DNA of 63,801 nucleotides, filler included, from Reclinomonas americana ATCC 50394 (GCA_048213135.1; 7 parts of 5 records of this genome joined end to end with filler, not necessarily neighbours in it); one strand, 5' to 3'; positions 38,083 to 52,436 are shown, counted from the whole stretch's first letter. Notes: generated by a model from the letters alone, not told the origin. Program-made: numbers and translations.

Positions 38083-41000
38083 AAAATGACGTTTAGCAAT
38101 CGAAGGCTTCAGAAATAATCGCCTGCCGATAATGGAAGCGGAGGACTCACCACACGGAAAATAGTCGTGGAGTCACCAGTGACCACGACGTCGGACGAGG
38201 CCTGTTTACTTCGCGCACCACGAATGGCGTTGCATGAAAAAATGTACCTTTTCGGAGAACACAGGTGAATAACTTGCTGCAAGCATTCAAACATGCACAC
38301 AGTGAGAGTCACCGTCCAGGCCGCGAAAACCCGTCCAAGATGTACAGCCATTCGGATCTCTCCGTGGTCACCACTACCTTGCCGCAATCGACACCGTCGA
38401 CCGTACAGCCCCAGTTGAAGACAGTGCTTGTGACGTCGACAAGAGCACGATTACGATCTGGATCCACCAGCGTAGCATGCACAGCGATCGGACTATTGAT
38501 TGCCACCACAGCGCCCTCTGTACACACCTCATGAGTGAGCCGCCAGCACAAGCAGATACGCAGTCGCAAGTCAAATACGAAACGCATGATGATGGTGAGG
38601 TCCAAGTCATGGAATGCTGCAATGCGGCAAGAAAAAAGAATTGAGTAAATGGGGAAAGATATACGACACCAAGCACAAGACATTTTCCATTCTCGCCCAC
38701 CAGTGACGATGGGCTCCCGCGACAAGATCAAGTCACCGGCATTCGCGTCGGTGACCGTGCGCACATAGAAATCGTAGTATCCAGTCGCCGCTTCGAGACC
38801 AGCCAGAGTGCACAGAACAGGTGCAGCAGACGTCCTACAAGAGTGGTGCATCAGAGGGGCCTGATATTTTCAAGTTATATGTCAAGGTGATGTGTTTGTA
38901 CTCACCATAAGCAGGGCGACGTAGATGGATCCCAGTCGATAATTCGAGTTAAACCACTGGCCTTCTTCTGCACGACCTCAAAGCGCGGATTCGGTCTGCC
39001 ACAGGCGCAAAGTGAGCTCGCAAAATGTACGCACTCTCACTTCACTGCACCGTCATAAATTCAATCACTCACTTTCTCACTCGCTCACTCACTCACTGCA
39101 CTCACTCACTCACTCACTCACTCACTCACTCACTCACTCACTCACTCACTCACTCACTCACTCACTCACTCACTCACTCACTCACTCACTCACTCACTCA
39201 CTCACACACTCACTCAATGCACTCACTCAATGCACTCACTCACTCACTCACTCACTCACTCACTCACTCTCTCTCACTCACTCACTCACTCACTCACTCA
39301 CTCACTCACTCACTCACTTTCTCACTCACTCACTTACTCACTCACTTTCTCACTCACTCACTCACTCACTCGCTCATAAACAGCTTCAAGCGCAGTATTT
39401 CCATTCAGCACATCGCCCACTGTCATTTCATCACTCTTCACACTACAATAACCTATATTCTGCATTTATCGCATTCCCCACAGTCATATTCGGTCACAAT
39501 CAATTCGTCCTTCTCACACTCTCTCACTCCCTTGCTTTCTCAATCTTTCTTTCTCTCTTTCTCACACATACACTTGCACGTTCCTCTCCCTTTCGCGTCA
39601 CTACATACTCAATATCTTTCCTCCTTTCTCACTCTCTCTGTTTGCATTCCCTCAGTTCCCCTTCCCCCTCTCTTCCCTTCTCTCTTTCCTCGTGTCCTCA
39701 CTTATCTTTCTCTTACATTTCACTCGCTCTCCCTTCGCCCCCACCTCTCTCCCTCTCCCTCTTCCCTCTTCCTCTTCCTCTTCCTCTTCCTCTTCCTCTT
39801 CCTCTCTCGCTTCACCTCTCCCTGTCTCCCTCCCCCTCTCCCTGTCTCCCTCTCCATCTCCCTCTCACTCACCCTTCTATAGGATCCGGTGCACCACTCG
39901 CGGATACGATGCTGAACATCCACAGCGTTCAGTGCAAAGCAGAAATCACAGCACGCATAACAACAGCACGCAACACAGGTGCCGTCGTGAACGACGGTTT
40001 GCCACCATAACGCATCGAAGCCGAGTGCACAAGCAGCGTCTTGCCTGCAGCACACAAAGAAAGTGCAAGAACAGTAAGTGATAAAAGGTCGCCGCGACAT
40101 GCACAGCACATGCAAGACGCAGCTGACAATAACAGTGGACACGGAATAGTCCAAGTTGCTGGCGAGTCCCACCGAAAACGTATAGTTGGTGTTCGGCAAC
40201 AGACCCGTGACCACGCACAGCACTTTCTCCGTGAAGGTGGTGGGCTGAGGGCACGGATTGGGGACCGTCGACGACCAGAGAGCTCCGTTGACCAACACCT
40301 GCAAGTGGTCGGTCGCCACTCGGGCCTCCACTTCACTCAACGCGTGCCGAACGGAATTCGTGCCGGACACGAGCTGAATGGTGAGGGTGACATTCTGTGG
40401 ACGCTGAATCACCTCGCCCACAGATATCTGCTGTCGGATGCTCGATTCTGCGGATGCACCACCACATGGTAAGACAGAATCACACTGACCAGACGTTGCA
40501 GCATCCACACGACCCACCAACAGTAATCGGCACGGCGCCTGGAATGGTGGCAAAGCTGTCGATTTCTGGAATCGCGCGCATGTCGACACACACCACGTAT
40601 TGCCGAACAAAGCGGCTGAGGACAAAGCCAGTGAACACCGCCGTGTGCGCGACATTGGTCGCCGCCGAAACGTCGGCCGTGACTGCCACGGCGACAGTGC
40701 CGGTGCGTGGCGGATCAGAGCTGGTGGAGCACGACGATATACCGTCGGTTGCCAGAGGCTCCAATCGAATGGCACGAATCGAAGCCACAGGTAGCAGCCC
40801 GAGACCGGACAGCGTAAGCGATGTAGTCTCCACCGCGGCGGGTAGCGTCACTGGCGTGAAGCCAAAGATGCGTGCTGCGCACGGGGAAAAAAGTGATTGG
40901 TTCATGACAAACGTGAGAGACATAGTAGTGGCACACCATCACCACCAATGTGCCTCACCGACAAAAATGGCATCTGAGGAGACTGACACGAATGCCCCCG

Positions 41001-44000
41001 ACGGATCGCCGGCCAGTGCGTCGAAACACATCACATACCGGCCGGCGTCGATGGATCGGCTGGCTCGGATAAACAGCTGAGATCCATCGGCTGAGACCTG
41101 CACCAAGCCAGCGAGGTCGCCATCTTGCCACACCGCTGAGCCACTGTCCACCGCAGATGACGTGGCCGAGGCAGTGCACGACAGAGCCTCCCGCTGCAGA
41201 CGAATGCGTCGCAGCAGAGGTCCTGGCGCGAGATTGGCACCAACGACAGTCACGGTGGGAGGCGGAGCGTAGAGAGCAATTGCTTGAGGTTCCAGTCGCG
41301 TGGTCGAGGCTGCAATGGAAAACGCAAAGGCGACGGACACAACCATGAGAACCGACAGCGGCTTGCAAACACAGCAATGATACCTGACAAACCAACAGAG
41401 ATTGTGGCAAACGATGCATAGGAGATCATGACGTTGGCAGTCACGTCGACACACACCGTGTACGTGTCGCGCCGCAAGGAGCCTACGAATGCCACAATCC
41501 GACTGGCATCATCCACAGCACCGACAGCACGAGGCGCCAAGGTGGCCTCCACAGTGTCAGCCGTGAATGGCGAGCACAGCATGCCAGGCACCAGACGAAC
41601 ACTGCGCACACTGACAGCGGCGCGCAGTCCGGCACCTATCACTATCACTCGCGATGTGGTGTCCTGGCGCAGTACGGCAGTCGGCGTCACAGACACTGTC
41701 TGCGCCACGAGGACTTCGTTCCCGTCGTCGGCCACTGGCCACTTGATGAGCGGTGACCCAGCAGCAACAGGTCTGCCTCGCAGGTTGACACAAATAACCC
41801 ACTGGCCCGGCGGCAATCCGTTGGCCAACAACATCCGCAGTTGCGTCTTGTCGATTGTCGTCGTCACCGACGTCGGTTGCACAATCACACCGGTCCCTGC
41901 CGGCCGACAGGCGTAGGCGAGTTGCAACTCCACCGACAACACACTCAACGCCATGTCCAGCGCCACGCCGAAAAGCGTCAGTGTGGACTGCGGAGTGTTC
42001 GGGAGTAGGGTGAGCGGCTGCATGGTGGTCGCAATGGCTGTGAAAGGCAGACGTGCGCGTCAGTGGAATGCAATGGCACCATCTGCGGCAAGAGGACTCG
42101 TCGTCTCGCACAACTCACCCGTGTGAACCGACTGAGTGCCGTCGCCAGGACCCACGCGGACGAGCCGACCAATGGGTGCCGCCGTCCACTCCACGCACAC
42201 GGCATACACACCTGGCGCAAGCCCGCGGTTGCCATCAGAACCGAGCGGCACCTTGATTGCACTGCCGTCAATGACGGAGGGATCGGGCACGATCAACGAG
42301 GAACCGGGAACGACAACAAATGTGCTTGCAGTTGTGTCGCAGGCACCGGTGGGATCGAATACCACACGCCGGATGGACAGCGGCGACAGGCCGATTCCTT
42401 ATCGCAGAGACACGGTGAGAAGATCACCTTATCAAACAGCGTGTCCATCACATACACACACATACACAAACCGTGCAGCTCCGCAGCCGCTGTCGCATCC
42501 AATGCCGCGACAGCCGTGGTGATCAGAGTGTCGACGCGACCGGCATACAGCAGTGGTGTGCCGACAATGGGAATCAGTGTTCCAGGCGGATTGAGTGTGT
42601 AGTCCACACAAATCTGCGAGTCATTGATGAGGCCAGGTTACGTGTGCACAATCACCAACAATCATGTTCACACCTGATACACAGTTGCTGGCAAACCACC
42701 GGAAGGAACGACGATTACCAGTTGCGTATCGGCGGTAGAGGCACTCGCAGACAGTGAGCATGGCAGCCGACTGGCAACTGGCGATGCCGAACAGGCTCCA
42801 ACGGCGGTGGATGACTGCACGGGAACCAGGAACACAGAGCGCACATTTGCGCCAGGTTGAAGACTGTATCCGCTCAGAATCAGGGCGGCAGAAGAGTCGG
42901 CGGCCAACAGAGTCCGTGGTGAGAAGGAGTCAACACCAACTGATGGAACATCGAAAACGAATCAATCACCACTCATGAACATACACGCACACAGTACCGA
43001 CAACCCCCCACACACACCGACGACAAGCTCCGTGGTCCCGAGTTTCGAGTACGATCCAGCAGCAACACGGGTGCTACTAACATCGACACACACGCTCCAT
43101 CTCCCCGACGGTGTCAACGGCGCTCCGCCAATGGCCACCTGCAGATCTGAGGGAGTATTTGCCACAAAGTCCGCCAGCGCAAAGCTGCGCACAATGGCCG
43201 ACGCGGGAGGTGCCACTCCAAGTGAGCATGCGCTCGTGCTGAATTCAAGGCGCGCGCCACGCAGCAATGCAAGCGTGAGATTCGCACCCTGCAGCGTCAA
43301 CGATGCATTGCCTCCCGCAGTGGCTACCGCGGATGGTGCAAATGATTGGAACCCTGCAGCGATGCACGAGAGAGAGATATGAGCGGGCAAGGAAAGCGAA
43401 ATCGCTGTTGCATCTCCATCATTCTCACCTCCTCCACACACAGCATCCGTGTCGAACAGCGGAGGACACGAGCATGATCCGTTGCCCGTCACGCCGTCAG
43501 AGCACGCGCCTCCGTTCTGACACTGACACGCAGTGGTGCACCGATTGTCATACCAACCGCGCTCGCAGTTGCTGCACCCCGTGGACGCCGACACGTGCGG
43601 AAGGCATGTCCCGCAATTTCCTGACGGATCGCGCAGCGCCGTGCATCGACAAAGACCACTGCCTTGCACGCCGTCATCACACGTGCCACCGTTGCTGCAC
43701 GACGGGCAAATGCCAGCACAGCGTCGACCATATCGACCCGCCGGGCACTGGCAGGTGAGGCCGCCGCCACTCGAAACACATCTGCGTGTCGAGAAGGGAA
43801 CGGCAACTTGTGAGCAAAGATAGAATGGGAGAAAAGGCGAATCCAAGTACGAAACGAAGAGTTTCCTTGGCAGTTGCATCGCGCTACAGATTCACGCATG
43901 CGATAAGTAACCAGCAAGCAGATTGTGGTGTGCGGTCATGAACTCACAAGAGCACACAGGTCCAGTGAGGCCGCCAGTACAAGCAATCGTCGTGAACGAC

Positions 44001-47000
44001 AGCACCACACCGCGCAACGGCGACGACAAGTCGATGACACGATAAAAGTACGTGGTGGAGGGGAGCAGTGGCGACGCTGTGAGTGACATGGGGTTGTTCC
44101 CGGCAGGAATCGTGGGTATGATCGAGTCGGCGAGTTTGATACGCCGCACGACATTGTTCCCCGTATCTACCACACATGCAGAACGATAAGCAACAAGGGG
44201 ACAGCCAAGATAAGTATGCGAATGGTGAGCGGAAGCGACACGAACCGGCTACGAACAGAGCTCCCGATTTGATGGAATCAAGAACGAGAGCGCCCTGGTG
44301 TCAGCAGCAGCAGAAAGCATCAGTGAAGCTCACTCAAAGACAAGATCCCTCGACAGCAATCTCACGAAACTGGACTGCGGAAGCTGGCACTCGTCGCTGG
44401 ACCATCAGCAGCACCCGCCAACGATAGCGCACTCGACAATGACGTCGTCACTTGTCCAGTGGCAGCATCCACTTGCCGAATCGCATGATTGGCAGTCTGC
44501 AGAAAGGAATATGAGACGCTACTTGCACTCTACAATGCAACTCAATAAACGCAACATCCGCCACATAGAGAAGACCACCGAGGACGTCCAAAGCCACATC
44601 AGATGGGCTGCTGAATCGTGCATTGGTGCCGATGCCGTCGGCGAGCGCAGGAGCGGCCGACATGTTACCAGCCACCGTGGTCATGATTCCCGACTGCAGA
44701 TTGAAGCGACGAATGGCATTGTTCCCGGTGTCAGCCACATACAATGCACGTGCCACCGGATCGAGGGCCAGTCCAGATGGGTGATTGAGCAAGGTGGCGG
44801 ATGAGCCAACAGTGCCCGCTTGACCAACGAGGGTGGTCGTCACACCGACAATGGACACGCGCCTGCAGCAATGATTGAGGGAGACGACAAAGAGAGGCAC
44901 GATTAGCAATAGTGCGAACCGCACAACATGGTTGCCCCAGTCAGCCACATAGATGCATTCTTGGGCGTCAACGTAGTCCATGGCCAGACCACGTGGACTC
45001 GACAGCTGCGCGGCGGCGCCAATGCCATCCGTGAAGGCTGGTCGACCGCTTCCAACCACAGCGTACACAGTGCCGGCGGCCAGTCGACGCAATGCGTGAT
45101 TGTTGCTCTGATTCACACACACAAGAAAAAACAATGAGTGAGATAAGCAAAGCATGCCGCCTACACATCAGCGTACGCACATCCGAAATGTAGACTTGCG
45201 CCGAATACGCGTCGACAATGACATACGATGGGCTGCAAAACAGACAAACAGTGAGTAAATGGCGAAGCGCTCGAAAATGAGCACATGCAGGCAGACCTGG
45301 AAAGCCTGGCTGTAGTCAGCGCTGCACCGTTGATGAAGCCGCTGACCATGGGCTGTCCGGCCAGTCGAACAACGGCACCAGTTGTCGAGTCAATGGAGCT
45401 CACAGTGTGTTGGCTGATACAAATGTCGTACGATGAGTGGAGCTCATTAACAAATATGGGATGGTCAAACACCCACCTCGCATCGACGACAACCAAGTTC
45501 CCCACACTGTCCACCGCAACGCTCTGTTCCACAACAGCAGTAGTGAGCGAGCAAACAATGCAAGTCAGCGGGTACGAGCGATGTGCACTTGCAAGCTGCT
45601 GACGCCAGCGGCAGGTACGGTAGACACTTGCGGTGATGAGCCGAACGCATCCGACGTGAGCGCAATGGAGAATCGCGGATTGGCTGACGGTGCGCCGTTG
45701 AGGACCAGCGACGCTTGCAAGATAGCAGACATAGCGGCAACATTGGTCGCCGCCACAGTCGACAGCAGCGGAACTGCAAACGCGCGATCGCGAGTGAGCA
45801 ACATCATGCAACATGCGTCACAGAGAAAGAATGCCCAAAAAACTACGTACGTGTGGTGGTGCTTGTGCGTGAGATCGTTCCACGTTGTGTCGATGTTGTG
45901 TCTGTCAATCGGTACAGGTACGTGGAGTTTGGCAGCAACCCGGTAGCAATGGCGCTGAATTGGTTGGCGGTAGACGTCGCCGAGCCGCCGAGACGCCACG
46001 AGGGGAGCGAGATCCGTCGAATTGCATTCGAGGCTGCCAACAAAATGTCAGTGAATGTCGAACGGTGAGGCAACAAGTCTCACAGTACGCACTGACGACG
46101 GCCAGAGAACCCTGTTTTTGATTGACGCACAGTCCGCGCTGCATGGGAGACGATAGACGCAACATGAGAAGCTCACTGACACTCCACCGCAAGAGTGCCC
46201 ACATACCAAATCGCTGAATTGCGCCGTGGCGGCAGCGCCGTTTGCATATCCTGCTTGGCCAGCCACGCCAGCCACCGTGGTGACGGTTCCGTCGCTGGTC
46301 GATACCAAACGGATTATCTTGTTGCCAACCTGCAACAAGAGAGAGAAAAGGGAAGTGAGCGCTTGAAAAGCAACAGGACGAGCGAATCAGACAACGAAAC
46401 GTCGGCCACATAGAGGACATTTGCCAGCGGGTCCAGATCCATCGTTTCAGGCTGGTTGAAGCGCGCAGCCGACGCAACGCCATCCGCCGTGCCGGTGGAA
46501 GACATCATACCCGCCAGTGTGGACACGGTTCCAGTGGCCAGCTCGATTGCACGAATGACAGAGTTGTTGCGATCGGCCACAAACACGAGTTGACGGGAGA
46601 CATCCACGGCCACGGCCATGGGCCCGTTGAAGCGTGCAGTCAGTGCGGTGCCATTTGAAGTGCCGCTAACGCCAGCTTGGCCCGCCACGGTGGTGGTGAC
46701 TCCCGAGAAAGACACACGACGGATAAGATGATTGCCAAAGTCGGCCACATACACGCACTCACGACCGGTGCTGTTGTCGATGGCGATGCCGCGCGGCTGC
46801 GTAAATGATGCAGCAGTGCCGGTGCCGTCCGCGGCCCCACCGCTACCAGTGCCGGTCAGTGTCGACATGGAGCCACCAGTCACACGCCGTACCGCATGAT
46901 TGCCGTACTACAATGACAATCATATGAGATTGTCGCGAAGGAGAGATGAACCAAAAAAATGCGCCACCCAACGCAACATCGGCAACGTAAGCGTCACCCG

Positions 47001-50000
47001 TGGCCACATCGACTCTGACATGCATCGGACTGCAACGCATCTCTGTCAGCATAAAAAACAACCACGTAAGAGCGCATCAAAAGAAAAAATGCACGAAACG
47101 ATCGCAGGGTGGCCGTGGCAAGTGCACCGTTGGTGAATCTGGAGATGCACATGTTGGTTCTCTCGTTAGTAATGGAAACATTACAAGTAATCATCACAGT
47201 AATCAGCGTACTGACCCTTCCATTCCCAGCAATCCAGCAAAGGTGGACACGGCGCCCGACGCGGACACGAGTCGAATAGCGTGATTGCTGCGCAGAATTC
47301 CGACATGAGGTACAATTGTTGTCATTTCCAAATCAGCAAAGCAAACGCACCCAGCGTCAGCCACATACACATTCCCGCTCCCATCAGAAGCCGCACCCTG
47401 TGTGCGTCACACACAGAGAAGGGAGGTCAGTGACATCGTCCAATGATGGAAAACAATGCGTGCAGGCGACGTACAGCAGGCTGGTTGAAACGCGCCGAGG
47501 CACCAATAGCCGAGTCGGTAGATCCAGTGCTGGCTGGATCGCCTGCCAACGAAGTCACCGACATAGAGGACAGGAATTGCGTCTGTTGCGTTGCCAGCTC
47601 AAACACAGGTTGAGCAGCGACACTCGCAACCACGGTTCCCACAAGTGTCATTGCATTGTGCGACACCGCGGTGGCTTGCCCAGTGGTCACCGTGGGCGCT
47701 TCGCAGAATCGAAATGCGTGTCAACCTCAAACGTTCTGAGAGCAGGAATCGCGACAATATGAAACTCACCCGACAGCGTGGTGAAATTAAGCACCGAGCC
47801 GTGTGTGCCATTGTCGAGACCAACACGGAAAACATATGCGGCCTGTGGACTGAGTTGACCGATTGATAAACTCACAGCGGCGCTGCTGGAACCAGTGACC
47901 GAGGGTGGGGAGCCAGCAATATCCGGTGCCGGAATGGTCACTCGCCGCACAGTGTTCGTCCCATCTGTGAATGCGGAGGTGAGTGAGGTGGGAGAGGGGA
48001 GAGGGAGGGAGCAAAAGAAGTGACACTGCACCTGAAACTAAGAGAGCCATGTTCGTGACATCAAATGCAACACCGATCTGTCACCTCACGATGAGCAATG
48101 ACGTCAAGCTGACCCACGACACGAGACACAAACCGGCGACGTGAAACGAGTCGCAGATGCATCTCCAGATGAGGATCCGGACGTTCCTGCCAAGCCCAGC
48201 AAGGTGCGCACAGTGCCGTTGGGTGAAACCTGACGAATAATGTGACTGTCCGTCTGTGAAAAAAACGAGAGAATGGAAAACACCATGAGCAGCCAGAACC
48301 CATCACTTGAGAAAACACAGTGATTCGCAACATCGGCGACAAACAGCGTGCCGCTCACAGGATCCAATGCGAGTCCGTTGGCAGCACTGAACTGTGCCAC
48401 CGACGGCGGCCCATCCACGGCACCCGCCAAGCCACTCCGTCCAGTCACCGTCGATACAATCAAAGTGGCGAGGTCCATGCGCCGAACCGAAAACGAACCC
48501 GAATCCAACACAAAGAGCACACTGCGCGCAGCATCCACCACCACGGCGGTGGGGGCGATAAGCCTCGCATCGATTCCGACACCGTCAGTGGATCCAGCTG
48601 CGGCTGCACTGCCGGCGACAGTCGTCACGCTGCCAAACACCGTAACCATTCTACATGTATTGAAACATAAGTGCAAGAGAAGCGAGCAATCACCGTCATC
48701 GCCACAGGCGCTCACCGAATCGCGTGATTGTCCTTGTCGGCAACGTATATCAACTGCGTGCGAGGATCCACAGCCACACCGGTGGGGTGATTGAGTTGCG
48801 CCGCAGAAGCCACACCATCGCTGCTGCCGACGGATCCATTGCCACACACGGTGGAAACCGAGCCACCAGATACAAGTCGCAATGCATTGTTGCCAGACTG
48901 TGATAAACAACAACATGAGCAACAATAGGGACAAGGTCCGCACTGCCAGACTCTTGCTCACCTCGACAATGTACAAATCACCAGAAGTGTTATCAACAGC
49001 CACACCATACGGACTACACAAGCAGCAAATTAGGGAGAGGCCAGAAAACCGGCAAGAAAGGATGAATAACAAACAGACCCATTCAGCGTTGCCGTTGCAA
49101 CGGGACCGTCCACCATGCCGCTAGAGCCTCGCACACCAGCGGCGGTGGTGACATTGCCAGCGGTGTCCATTTTGCGAACCAATGAATTACTGCATGGTGC
49201 AAGTCAGATGACAAGTGGTTGACGACAAACGACGATCGCAGAGCAACACAACTCATATTCCGCAATGTAGACGTTGCCGCTGATGTCCAAGCACACGTGC
49301 TGGTGGAGAAAAAATATTGTTGGTGAAGATTGCACACACAACATCTCCGCGTGATGAGCACATACCCGCATGCCGTGGAAGGTGGCCACGTTTCCTGCAC
49401 CATCTGCGCTGCCAGTCATGCCAACCGATCCGGCAACCAACGACGATGTCACGCTGGCGGTCAATGCAGAAACTTGGCGAGCAACATTGAAGGCCGTCGC
49501 TACGGGCTGACTGCCACCAGCGTTTACGGTGCCATTAAGGACGGCCGTTGTAGATGCCACACTTGTCGCCGCAGCAGTCGCGACAGTGGCACCTACGTGG
49601 CGCAATAAGCGGTTCTCATCGGGCACGCGCAAGAAGAAAGCAAACATGCATTCGATGCAAACCTGGCGTGGTAAACGGCACAGAGGAGCTACGGTAGGTG
49701 CCAGCCGCCACTCGCACGTTGTATGTTACCGCTGGTTGCAGTCGCTGCACCGCTGCCGACACTGCGACATCAGTGCTGCCGGAGGCAACAGACGACGGCG
49801 TGCCGGGAATAGAGGAGGCAGGTAGTTGTACTTGTCGGATCACGTGACCTGCTGCGTCTGCGGAGGTAGTGAGAAACACAAGTACAGCTGCGGAAACAAT
49901 CATGCACGGGCATCTGATCTTCACCTGCAACAATCAAGCTCTGGGTGGCCGCCGAGAACTCCACACCCCGCTGTGAACAGCTGGTAAGTATCGCGGCACT

Positions 50001-52019
50001 CAATTGCATGCGAGAGAGAGTGAAAACACCAACCAGCTGCTGGAATCTGCTGCTCGAACCATCGCCAACTGCCGATCCACTGACTCCGTACGCTCCAGCC
50101 AGTGTGCTCACCATGCACGACGGAGAGATCACACGCACCACATTACTCTGATACTGCAACACAGAAGGGGGGAGAAAGTCAGGCACGAACTCGCTTTGTA
50201 ACAGCTGAACTGCGATAACGCAACGTCGGTTGCGTAGATATTTCCCGAGTACGGATCAAATGCGAGTCCTCGAGGAGAATCAAACACAACAGCCGTGCAT
50301 GGGCCGGCCACAGTATTCACAGCACTGGCGCCTCCGGCAAATGTCACGACCTCCATCGTTAGCAGATTCAGCCGCCGTATCGCATGGTTGCCAACATCGC
50401 CAATGTATAGCATCGAGTTCTGGACGTCAAGCGCCAACGCGCTGGGTGCGCTGAAGCGAGCAGCACTGCCGGTGCCATCTGCACTCCCTGACACAGTTGC
50501 AGTCCCGGCAATGGTCGTCACCGTGCCATCGAAGGTCACTTGCCTGCGAGCGAGAAACGGGAGAGGGAGTGAATGAGTACAAGGCTGAAATCGGGAAGCA
50601 CGAAGTGTGTGATAAAATGGAGGGGGAAAAAAGGGAGTGCACAAATGCCAGGTATCGTTCACAGGACAACACACACACGAATAAGATAAAGCCACCGTGG
50701 CACGTACCGAATAGTGTGAGATGCCGTGTCGGCAACGTAAAGGACTCGAGCGAGGCAACTGGCGGCCACCGCACTCGGTGAATTGAACTGAGCAGATGGC
50801 GAATCGCTGCCGCCTGCCCCCAGTCCAGCAAGAGTTGACACGTAGCCAGATGCCCATCGTCGAATCTTGTTGTTGCCGTTCTGCGATGACACCAACAAAG
50901 TCGATAAGCACGCACAGGTCTTGCTCCATAACCCCCACCGCCCACGCACATCGACGATAAAGAACTCCGCCGAGGCATCACACAGATCAATGTCGATAGG
51001 ACTGCAAAACGAGAAGCAAATCATTAAGGAGTAGAAAGACATTGAGGGACAAGCACGAATCGCAACCAACGCAACGTATTCAGCGTGGCCACAGAAACGA
51101 GACCGTCAACACTGCCAGCGGTGTATGGCTTTCCGACCACGGTCGTCGTGTCACCGGCGGTGGAGATCTTGCGCACGGTATGCGTGCTACACATATGCAC
51201 CGGGACGTGAGTAGCGCGCAATATCATGAAACACGGCAAGGAAACGAAGCGCAACGTGGAGTCCCCAACGTAAGCGTTGCCCAGAAAGTCAACTGTAACA
51301 CCCTGCACAATCCCATCGTCGCAGGAAAACACAATCGTAATCAGCAAGAAAAGTGGAATCCCGCACTAACGCACCGTAAGAACAACTGCGACACACCGTC
51401 GGTGACTCAAACTGCGCAGCAGCACCAGAGCCATCGACATTGCCGCCCAATGAACCCGCCAGCGGTGCAACAGTCGCAGGTCGGTCGAATGCGCCGGTAA
51501 CTTGCGCCAACTCGAAGGCCACTGCCAGAGGACCACCTTCGTGAACATTCACCAAGCCGTTCAAGGTGGCCGATGTGGACGACAAATTGGTGGCTGCTTG
51601 TGCAGCTGTCGAGGGCGCTGTATCGACGAAATGTAGAGTGAGTTCAAGCAAGGCACGCAATCACACTGAAGACTAGCAGAGTCCAACAAACGTACCGAGC
51701 GTCGTGAATGATAAAAGGTTTCCACGTCCAGACGAGATTGTGTCTATCAAGCGGAAAAAGTATGACGACTGGGGCAGCAGTGCTGCGAGGGAGAGAGACA
51801 CTGCAGTGCTCGTCGTTCCTGTGACCGAACTCGGGGACGCCACAAGCGTACTTGGCGGCAATGAGATACGTCGCACAGTTTCGCCTTGTGGCCCTGCCGA
51901 CACGAATGTCATTGGTTCGAGTAAATGAACATACAACGCAGTGAACGCAAGTACACACCGGCGACAAGCAGACTCCAGCTCGTGGTGTCAAAGGCCACAC
52001 AAGCCTGTTGACGCGCAAT
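38083..52019 (-). CDS. Ectodomain of the giant receptor: FN3-like/NHL-propeller units, EGF repeats, ~7 IPT/TIG-like Cys modules, FN3-like and REJ-like domains
   Basis: NHL repeats (ARFNGPMAVAVD...VFVADRNNSVIR) at 44150-51950. EGF cluster CQCPAGRYGRRC...CSNGGTCDDGVQGSGLCRC...CQNGGACSDGVTGNGSCSC at 43440-43790. ~110-aa modules ending Y.VCVD...+.VG at 40500-43360. FN3-like TGLLPNTNYTFSV. REJ-like VDPD...VFNWGCTVDGVDC. Confidence 0.8.
39075..39375. repeat. (CACT)n tetranucleotide microsatellite in an intron
   Basis: Long CACT/CTCA run. Confidence 0.95.
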
Positions 52020-52119
52020 NNNNNNNNNNNNNNNNNNNNNNNNNNNNNNNNNNNNNNNNNNNNTTAATTAATTAANNNNNNNNNNNNNNNNNNNNNNNNN
52101 NNNNNNNNNNNNNNNNNNN

Positions 52120-52292
52120 GGGGGGAAGCGACAGGAAGGAAGCGACAGGGGGGGAAGGGACAGGGGGGAAGGGACAAGGGGGAAGCGACAAGGGGGAAGC
52201 GACAAGGGGGAAGCGACAGGGGGGAAGCGACAGGGGGGAAGCGACAGGGGGGAAGCGACAGGGGGAAGCGACAGGGGGGAAGCGACAGGGAA
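52120..52292. repeat. Minisatellite, ~13-14-nt unit G(5-6)AAGCGACA
   Basis: About 12 tandem copies of GGGGGAAGCGACA and variants. Confidence 0.9.
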
Positions 52293-52436
52293 GTAGAGAA
52301 GGAGCAGCACGATGAACGGCGGGGTGGGACGAGGCGAGAAATAACCCTCGCACTGGACAGCGCAATGAGTAGCAATGCTTCCTCTCTATGGCTCTCTCTC
52401 TCTCTCTCACACACACACTCTCCCTTCACCCTTCCG

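Noticed and set aside
52120..52292. Regular short repeats as a CRISPR array or telomeric repeat
   Set aside because: No unique spacers, variable G-run length, and an intronic eukaryotic context; it is a minisatellite.
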